Shown here: positions 54,336 through 64,000 of the stretch, piece after piece
How positions within the stretch are numbered: position 1 is the stretch's first letter
Layout: each line of letters begins with the position of its first letter
Assembly: GCF_009914755.1 (NCBI RefSeq)
Contig: NC_060931.1
Source of the DNA: the human T2T-CHM13v2.0 reference genome, Homo sapiens
Strand: one strand, 5' to 3'
DNA length: 64,000 bases
The notes under the pieces: model-generated
The model's database searches: none
What the model saw: only the letters and a program-made list of their open reading frames with translations
Told to the model about the DNA's origin: nothing
Program-made: the position numbers and the translations under genes

Positions 54336-57300
54336 GGGGGGGCATGGATTGGTGTCTGGCTTCTGATAACTGAAGAATATCTCACAACATAAATATATTT
54401 TGCAATGCAAACTATGGAGTGGTAAGGGCATATATGATGATTGGAAAGATAGTATAAGGCAACCATATGCAGAGGACAAAATTTGCTCAGAAATGGAAAA
54501 GAAAGACATCAATGGAGAATGCAAGGAGGCAGGGAATCAAAGTATCGTGAGAGTTTTGGAGTAGTTATAGCCATAGAGCACTGGAAATCTAGAACTAGAT
54601 TTTCATACTTTAACCATGAAATATTTGGAAGCCTTGAAATTCTTTATAAAGTCTTCAAACATGATTTAAAAACATCAGTGATGGGTAATAGTAGAGTGGC
54701 TAACTTGTCTCATACTCTATGTAACTGGGCATGCTTATCCATATTGAACTTAAAACAATAGCTTAGATGGGTTCATCTTTTATTTGATAATTATGTATTT
54801 AATAAGTATTCCCTCATAATTTTCCAATTAAAAAGGTGTTCTTTTGACCGTGACTAATCAGCAATTACAAATTTTGGCCATTTGACAGCAAACTTGGGAA
54901 ACATCACTAGTTTACTTCACAATAAAAGTAAGAATTTTATTGGCCTGAGCTTTTTGTAATCCTAGGAAAAAAGAAATATGTGGATTCAGCATAGCATCTA
55001 GCACATAAATACTTGTTGAACTGAAATATTCAGCAGAAAAGCAAGTCTGATTTGATAGTGGAATTTAGCTCTCAGAGGGATTAGAGTCCATTATTTTGGG
55101 GAAGATTCTCTGTATTAAAGCAAACGTAAAGGTGGGTTTGCTTATTCAGCAGAGTATACAGTGTTAACCAACTGTTTTGCTTCAATACACTTATTAAAGC
55201 TCCAATTATTGTGGAGAGTCTTTTTTTGATTAATGTTGCTATTTCTATTTGATGGCTTTGCCTTAAGGTTCTATTTTTGTGGAACATAATGCAGTTTAAG
55301 CTTGTTAGATCGATCAATTCCCATATCAGATAGTCACAAACATTTACACACATCTCTTAATCTGAAAGTTACATGATAATATACTTCAGATGCTCTTACT
55401 CATCTGATTAGTAACTCATACAAATCAGCCACCCATGTTTCTGAAACTATTTTCATAAACATATGTGAATATGAAAAATGATACTGCAGCATATAGCATA
55501 TGAAGAAGTTATGTGGTAGGCAGGTTAATGTATTATTGAATTCCACACGAAGTCTTTCATGATTTTTTAAGGGACTAAAGATGCTGCATAGTAAACATCC
55601 TCAAAACAGATTATTTTATAGTGCAAAATTATATCATATATAATACATGATTTTGAGATCCAAAGATAATATCAACACAACCAAATACAGACAAAAAAAG
55701 GTCTTTTACAATCTATATGTATTTATTCAGTGAGTGCTTCTGTGAAGTGGGAGGGGCACTAATGTTTGTAGAGATACATTTTGATGTCTAAGCAGCCAGA
55801 CTTTTCAGATGGATGATCTTATTTGGCTCAGGGCTGAGGAAGATGTCAGAAATCCTAAGGGGATCTTTGAGCACTATTGATACTGGCTAATATAAATCAG
55901 TATAAATACCTGTAATTAATGTAAAAATTGACTGATTAAAAGCAAAAAAGTAGCCAACTACAAATGATCAGCTACTGTTGCCTAGAAACTTTGTCAATAT
56001 ATGAAGTATGTATTGTAGCATATTAATCAAATGAGTCAGATTGCCAATAAGTAAAGCATTACCATATTTCACAAGGGATATAAAAGATGGACCTAAGACT
56101 TTATATCATCCAGGAGGAAAACAAAAATTTAGTATGTCCTTTAGGTGTTGACCTTGGGAAACCAAGTGTCACTATTATTTTCTGTCAGTGTCCCATGTTT
56201 CAGTTGGTAGTATATGTGAGACAGCAAAGAAAAAGATACTCTTCTGGAAGATTCGCATGACTTGAAAGAACAATATTCATCTTGATTCTAAGTCCTACTG
56301 GCTATTTCCTCACACAATGGGGATTTTGAAAATATCAGGACTAAGTAACACAGAAGAACTTGGTAGGGGCTCAAAAGTGATAGTGGCTTGCATTAATCAG
56401 AGCTCCATGATTCTTTGTCCATAATACACAAATGGCACTCCAGAGGAGAGGCAGATATACTGTGTAACTGAGCTGGCATTAGGAGAGTCATGGAGTCTCA
56501 TGTTTCATAATCATAGTACTCTAGTCTGAAAAAAATTAACTTTTTATTCTCATAATGTCCAGTAATAGAAAATATAAGTCAGTAGACATATTAACATAGT
56601 TTTCTTAATTGTCATACCACTTGAACTATCTATGGCTCTTTTCTTTGACTAATCTGCATATAATAAATTTATTATGATCAAAGTAGATAAAGGCCACACT
56701 AAATGCAGATACTATTTTATCAGTCATTATTTACGTATGTTTATCTAGATATACACACACCTAAATGCATTTTTCATATTTGTGAATATATATAATATGC
56801 AGTTATGTCAACTTCAATTATCCTTAAGTTGAACAAATGTCTAATGCAATGATAAAAAAATTCATAAATTATTTAAGTGTGTTTAAAGCTATCATCAAAA
56901 TGAAGATTTAAGTAGAAAGTTGTAATATTGAGTTCTTAAATATATATATGTCATAAAACTAATATATATGTATATATGTAATTATAATTTGTCTCACTTT
57001 CACATTACGATGTCTGAGTCAAATATTTTCTTGAAGCAACCAGGGCTTTGGTCTGAATCTTAAGCTCTAATTCTAAGTGTATCATTAATTTATTGGATGC
57101 CCATTACAAATAATTTTAAACATTAACTAAATTATTTGGGAAAACAATTTTTGCCTCTCCTGCATCAATAGTTTTTCCATCTGAATGAGTATTCACATTA
57201 GTAATGAAACATGCTGTTATTTTCCCTATAACAACCGAAATAATCTTCAGATTATACATTTCCTTCCACCTGATATTCTATTCTAATTCCCCTAACTTAA

Positions 57301-57444
57301 AAAGTTCTCTAACAATTTATCTATTTTTAAAATCTTCAATTATTTTTTTCCTATTCTCTCTTGAATCTGTGCATATCTGCCTTTATGTTCAAGCAGTCAT
57401 GGAAACAACTATTGTCATGGTCACAATGACTCGCATTTTGAAAT

Positions 57445-58935
57445 GAAACGGTTAATTCTCAGTCCTTATTTACTTATCAGTTGCATTGATATAACTGATC
57501 ACTGTTTCCCTTGAAAGTTTTTTCACTTAAATTCCCATCTCTTCTTGGTCTTTCTGTTTTGTCACCTTGTTCTTAGTCTCTATTCCTTAGTCTTTCTTTT
57601 CTGCTCAACCCTTATATGTTGGGTCATTGGGCCTCTTTCCTAACGGCACTCCCTACATTCCTTTTAGATTCATGGCTTTAAATACCATTGTGGCAGCCAA
57701 GGTCAAGTCGAGAGATAGGACCGTGTAGCATTTTGAACAGAGGAAGTTTAATGTAAATAATTATCATGTACAATATATAATTGCCTACTGTGGAGATAAG
57801 AGAACTGTAAAGAATACAGGAATGCAACTATAAAGAGTACCCACTATCTCTAGGGCTAAGCAGGACTTCTTTCCCCCAGGTGTGAGGTACAAATCTTGTT
57901 GGAAAGTGTATGGCTATGGCCAGCTGGATGGCATAGAAGTCACTGAAACATTGTACTTTGGAACATATTGGGCAGCTACCTGAGATGATATTGGGTGAAA
58001 CTGCATTGAGCCCTCTGGAAAACCACCTTTTGGGGTGCAAGGGGAAGCTAGCCAATGGTAGCTACTCTGTGCTCCTGTCTGCCTCATTGAAGGGGCCTTC
58101 TAAGAGAAACACACTACCTAATAACAAGAGCCATTACTTCTTCAGTGTTCCTCCAGAACCTTCTATTTAGCTTTACCTAGAACCAGCTAGAAAAGAAAAA
58201 ATGAGCTGTATTACAGCAGGGTAAAGAAAGGTAGATTTGAAGCTGAGAAGTAATAAGTTCAATAACTGATACAACGATCTCTATGCAGATGAGTCTGTAA
58301 GTAATAAATACATATTTATACATCTCTATATTTTTTATAAGTCTGTGTCTCTACATATGCTCATGTGTATTTATATATCTATGCCTATTTGCCTGCTTGA
58401 CATCTTCACTTGACATAATAGCTACCATGAACTTTTAAAAAATATCAGGCCATGTCATTCTTCTTTCAAAACTTTTCAATATTTTCTCTTCTCACAGGAA
58501 GAACCATGGTCTTTAAAATGGCCTCAAGACTCAACAAGATGATCTGCTAGAGACGCAATGACCTTCCCGCTGATCTTTGAACAACACAAACATGCTTCTA
58601 CCTCAGGACCTTCGCACCTGTTCTCCTTACAGACACTGAGGTTCACCCTTCCCCTTTCTTCCATATTTGAGTAAATGTCATCATCCCTCACCCTCTTAAA
58701 TAAGTTCTCAATAGCGCTTACCCACCCTGATAAACTTCTCCTCTTTTCTATCTTAGATGTTGCCATATGGATTATCAATATCAATTTATTTATGTGTTTT
58801 AGTCATTTTCTGCCTCTGGCACTAAAAGTTACATTCCTTAAAGGCAAAATTTTTGATATGTGTTGTTCTGTGTTGTGTCCCCAATGTCTGTCCCAAAGGA
58901 AACATTCAATAAATACTACTTAAATAAATGAATTA
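57445..58935 (+). mobile_element. L2 3' region interrupted by an LTR
   Basis: catggctttaaataccat | ctctatgcagatgagtc is continuous L2 across the LTR; ends cattcaataaatactacttaaataaatgaat. Confidence 0.75.
57689..58273 (-). mobile_element. LTR41/LTR52-like solo ERVL LTR
   Basis: TG...CA ends; ttgaacagaggaagtttaatgtaaataattat; gaagctgagaagtaataagttcaataactgataca; 5-bp TSD accat / acgat. Confidence 0.7.
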
Positions 58936-60574
58936 TTTGATAAGATGTCAAACATATCGCTTGTTAAACTGAAAGCAATATTTATATTTCAGAAAAAATG
59001 CATTAATTATAATTTTTAAATCTTTTCATAAAATGAAGCTAATTTTTTGTTTAAATATATTACTCTTTTCTTCCTCCCTATACTTGATACAAGTATATAT
59101 GGAGAAAATTCCGCTTTTTCGATGTTGCTTGTTATTGTAATATTTGTACTTTTTCCCAGAATAAAACTGTATTTATTTTTCTTGGTGTTTCTGACCAGGC
59201 TTAATGTCAAACAAATTATAGTCATGAATAAACAGATGTGTTAAAATTTAAGAAACAACATTGGGTGTATCTTAAAAAGGACTGTTTTGTAGAAATAAAT
59301 ACACTGTGCTCAAATTGCAATAATTATGGAAGGTGATTAAATACATTTGTTATCAAGTACGTATGAAGAACATAAGCATAATATTTCATGTTATATCATA
59401 TTAAAATTTAAATGTATTTAAATACTTATCTCTGTTTTAGAATTTTCTGGAATAACTTAGATGCCACAGATATTTATAAATGGCACCAAATTAGAAACAC
59501 TATTTCTTTGCCATTTTGAATGTTTCTTCATAGAAAGCAGAGAAATTCAAGTCATTACACTGACCACACATAAATTCTAGCACACCCTAACATTGTAGTC
59601 AATGATGATGCTATTTCTTCCACTGTAAGAAAAACATTTTAAAAAGTAAGATCTAAAGCGCCGTTTAGTTCTATTGTCTTCTGCATCCTCAGATGAAAAT
59701 ACACATGTGTCTATTCACTAGCAATACGGCCAAGAATCCATAGTTCTGTTAAAATACTCTCAGCTTTTACGGAGTTGGTACAACAGGAGCACTTCACACA
59801 TCATTGGAAAGCCAAGAGAACCAGTTCCAGATTGTCATCACCAACTCTAAAGCATTGCTCACAGGATTGCTTGCTTAGCACTAATGTTATTTTCTTTGAG
59901 AGAGTTTCATGGACCAGTTTATTATTAACCTTACCTTCTGTGTTAGCATAACACTATATGTAGTCCTCTATTGACACTGCTCATTTTGTATAATAATTAT
60001 AGCATAGTCTTCTGGCCTATATTTACACAAAAAGTTCTTAGTGAAATTATATAAATATATATATATTTATATGAGTTTATGGGCATATTCTCATAGGAAC
60101 AAACATTTTATTTCTAAATTTTTCCAAATGTTTTCCTAAAACACTTTAAATTTTCATGTCTAGATAATATTCAGTATTTATGCAACAAAATTAAATAGAT
60201 AGTTTTGCAATTTTTTGGATTCTATCCTTTATGTTACAGCTAACACAAATATTTGTTATATAAAAGAATAACATTCTAAATAGTGACTACGTATCTTTGT
60301 ACATCTTTATTATCCATATTTTATAAAACAAATGCTAGTGTTTAAAAGACTATTAGTAAAGGCTAACCAATAACATGCTTACCCAAAAGTGAGTTATCTA
60401 TCAATCTGTACTTATATGCATCTCACTGATTATAAATTTGCATTTTATAAAGTACCATGTGTTTTCTTCACCAAATAACGTGTCTAATTCATATATACAG
60501 CCTCATGTACTTGATTAATACAGAAGAGTCATTTAATGCTAATTTAATTCATACAAAAACCAATTTATTTGGAT

Positions 60575-62577
60575 TTTTGGTTCTAGAAGTGGAAAAGTAG
60601 CTTTTTAACCAAACTAATTCTCCTACAGGTACAAATTATAATATTTGTAAAATATTAAAATGAATATTTGCAAACACTAAAAAGTGGCTAAAACACATAG
60701 AAACTGGAGGGGATCAAACCCTTGAAATCAAGGGACTCCCTTGGTTGAGATATATTCTTATATGTCTTTCTCCCTGAGACTGTTCCTAATATTGTGTGGC
60801 ATAGGGCAGCTGGAACTCAAGCAGAAAGCTTAAAGTTTAGAAATATGAACTTCAGAGTTACAAAAGCAGCTATAAATGAGAAGAAAACATTCGGAAAGGG
60901 AAGATATCATGGAGGGAGCCCAAACATCTGTGATATTCCCCCTCCGAGAAATTCTACACACAGCCAGGGGACTCAAAAAGTCCAAGGAACAATAGCAGCT
61001 GAATAGCAGAAAATTTGAGCATGGATTTGAGAATCTTCTCACTCCAAAGTAAATATAATTTGCAGTTCGAATTTTCCCATATATGAAGCATTTGGTAGTA
61101 AGTAAACACCTTAGGTTTTCATCAAAACCTGAGAATGACCACACTTAAGGATTAGTGACCAAATTCCCTGTGATTAAAACCAAGACCAAAACAGACCTTT
61201 TCTTAAAGAGTATAAAAGCCAGATCAGTCATTAACTGAACTCACTCCCAGAAGAAAAATCCGTACTCAAAGAACCCAAACTTCTTATAGTGTATTATTCA
61301 CAATATCTAGTATACAATGAAAAAGTTAAACCAATATTTCATGCAAAGACATGGGCAAGAGTGGCTCAAGGTCAAGTGAAAAGGTAGTCAATGGAATCAT
61401 ACCACAAGATGACCTCAATATTAGAACCAGAACATTGGAACTAAAAGAACTGCGAAGTAGTTATTGTAACTATGCTGAAGGACTTAAATGAAAGTCATAA
61501 TGGGTAAAAATATGGATCGTATCAGAGGAATGGGAACTACAAAAATGGAAATTCAAAAATTAATAACTACAATTTCTGAAATGAAAAGTTCAACGGATAC
61601 ACTTAACAATAAATTTAAGATTACAAAAGAATGGGTCAGTAAAAATGAAGAGAGTAATATAAATTATCCCATCAAAAGAAAATAGAGATAAAGGATGAAA
61701 TTTTTAAAAGAACACTACCCTACTCACCTATGGGACAATATCAAGTGGCGTAATAAATGTATAATTGGATTTCCAGAAAGATAGAGAGGAGAAAGGATAG
61801 GGAAAACATCTTCCAAAAAAAAAATCGTTGAAAATTTGCAAATTTTGATGAAAAACATCGTTACAAATCCAAGGATATTAGAAAAGATGAAGCATAATAA
61901 ATACATAGAAAATGACATATAGGTTAGAATTTTACATTCAGCAAAAATAATCTTCAAAATTAAGAGAGAGGTGAAGACTTTTTCAGAGAAACAAAAAACT
62001 AAGAATTTTTCATCAGCAGACCTATATGGTATAAGAGACACTGAAAGAGTTCTTTGGGCTAAAGAAAATGACATCAGATAAAAATTTAGAGCTACGTGAA
62101 GTTATGATGTCACCAAAATTGGTAAATATGTGAGCAAATGTAAGAGGCTGTTTACCCCTTCTCTTTAATTCTGAACTAAAAAATTATGACCATTTATAAT
62201 ATATATGTAATTAAAATATATGATCCAATAGCACGAAAATTTAGGTGCTACAAATAAAATCATATTACTTCAAAATTCTTACATTTTATATAAATGATAC
62301 AATATTCTAATTAGTTATAACTTGAAGATAGATATTGTATGTCCTATAGCAACTACCAAAAATAACATAAAAAGTATGAAAAAAGCTAATAAAGAAATTT
62401 AATTATCAAAAGATATTCAATTAACTCAACATAAATCAGAAAAAGAGAACCAAAATTGAGATATAAATAGAAGAAAAATTGCAAAATAATAAACCTAAAT
62501 CTAACCATATTAATAATTATGTGAAATTTCAATAGACTAAACACTTTAATTAAAAGGCAAAGATTATTAGAGTAGAC
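60575..62577 (+). mobile_element. Ancient L1M 5'UTR/ORF1 to ORF2-start region
   Basis: ORF1-like remnant 61488-61685 (LITTISEMKSSTDTLNNKFKITKEWVS); ctatgggacaatatcaagtgg; aatagactaaacactttaattaaaaggcaaagatt. Confidence 0.7.
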
Positions 62578-62738
62578 CAGAGGTTGACAAATTATGGCCC
62601 ATGGGCTAGCTACCTGTTTTGGTAAATAAAATTTTATGGAATACTATTATTCACATTCACTAACACATTGTTTATGGTTGCTTTTGTGCTCTGATGATAG
62701 AATCGAGTATTTGGAACATATGATTCCCAAAGCCTGAA
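62578..62738 (+). mobile_element. MER58A-like hAT MITE, 3'-truncated
   Basis: cagaggttgacaaattatggcccatgggc...cctgttttggtaaataaaattttatggaa...caaagcctgaa. Confidence 0.8.
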
Positions 62739-62900
62739 GGGAGCATAAGATGATTTTCTGAGATGATGGAAATAGTATGTATTTTAATCGGGTTGATTGT
62801 TGTAACAGTGTATTCACACATCAACTCTGAGTTTTGACTCAGAGTTAAAATTAAAATCTATACATTTTTGTTTATATAAATTTTTATCAAAAATAAAAAA
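62739..62900 (+). mobile_element. L1ME 3' end
   Basis: ttttctgagatgatggaaatagtatgtattttaatc...aaaatctatacatttt...aataaaaaa. Confidence 0.65.
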
Positions 62901-64000
62901 CGCAATAAAAATCACTGGGAAAATTATTTATTCCTGAAATTCTAAATGCACAACATTTGGGAAAACTACTTTTAGCCATGCATTTTGTTTTTGGTTTTTT
63001 GAATCAGATAAAATGTTAATTCTTAGTTTGTGTATTGGTGTAAAGAAGATGATAAATTGTCCTTCAACAAATTACATCAATTATTGGTATTTTATTCTTT
63101 AGAAAAATGTTGCTGCTAATAGTTTTATTTGCTGACTTCCTGGTAATATAAGCCAAATGAATAGGGCTGGTATATGTCATTAATCTATTGGCCCTTTTCA
63201 TTGAGTCCATGTTTGGTTTTGTAGTTCAATATACATGAACTGTTAGGCTTCCAGAGAGCTTTCAGGATATACATTGGTTTCATTGCTAAGGAGGTATTTT
63301 ATCTTTGTCTCTGAATTTCTATAGTAGTTTTGGAAAATGTTATTTAAACGTTGTAAATTTGTGAGTAAATGGTAGAATGCTATGAACTATATAGGACTTA
63401 ATGATATCTATAATGAGTTACTAATAAGACTTGTTACAAAATTACAACAATGATGTACTATGAAAAACAGTAATTACAATTGTAATAAGAGTTGGGAAAT
63501 GATTTGAATTAAATCAATATGGAACATGTAAAATCTCCAAAAGTATTTGTGCATGAGAAAGACAAAGAACATATAGTTGGCTATCAATACTTAAGGTAAT
63601 TCATTACATTAAAGACTTCCCAAAAGGTAGAATTGGCAAAACTCTCAAAATAAATGGAAATGCTATGAAAGTGAGATTTACAAAACTCCTGGATTATGTA
63701 ACATTTTTATGCATAAAACTCACTATTTCTATGTAATTTAAACTATACTTCAGTGTTCTTTCAACCAGATCCAGCCTCTTTGGATAACTGGGGCATATGT
63801 ACAAAAGTGGGTATATGCCAAAATTTACCTGCTTCCTTCAAGTTAACTTTGTGTTGCAGATCAAACTTTAGTTCTAGTTTTAAGTTAAACATTGAGAAAG
63901 AAGCACGGCTGACAGGTGGGGGGCATGTGGACCTGCTATGTTCCCTGCATAACTGGCTCAGTGTATACTTTTGCTGTTCTTCTTTATGATTACATGCAGC

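Overview
AT-rich, CpG-poor primate (human-like) nuclear DNA with roughly half of it made of interspersed repeats, consistent with a large intron or a gene desert. I recognise no protein-coding exon, RNA gene or CpG island. The only long ORFs belong to a dead, 5'-truncated young L1PA (50.7-52.9 kb, 18-bp TSD). Other elements are a two-LTR THE1B MaLR provirus (14.1-16.3 kb), six Alus, a nest of old HAL1/L1M fragments (17-25 kb), an L1PB, several solo ERVL/MaLR LTRs, hAT MITEs (MER30, MER58, MER3), MIR and L2. I see no new biological system. The most notable signals are at fine scale: (i) several template-switch or end-joining scars, the clearest a 51-bp copy of sequence 1.7 kb away inserted between 32-bp direct repeats; (ii) an Alu with a G-tract in place of its poly(A) tail inside intact TSDs; (iii) a CTCF core plus upstream motif at canonical spacing next to a THE1B whose two LTRs keep DUX4 motifs; (iv) a rearranged, chimeric MST element. 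Repeat family names come from recalled consensus sequences, not a database search. Boundaries of old repeats are approximate.
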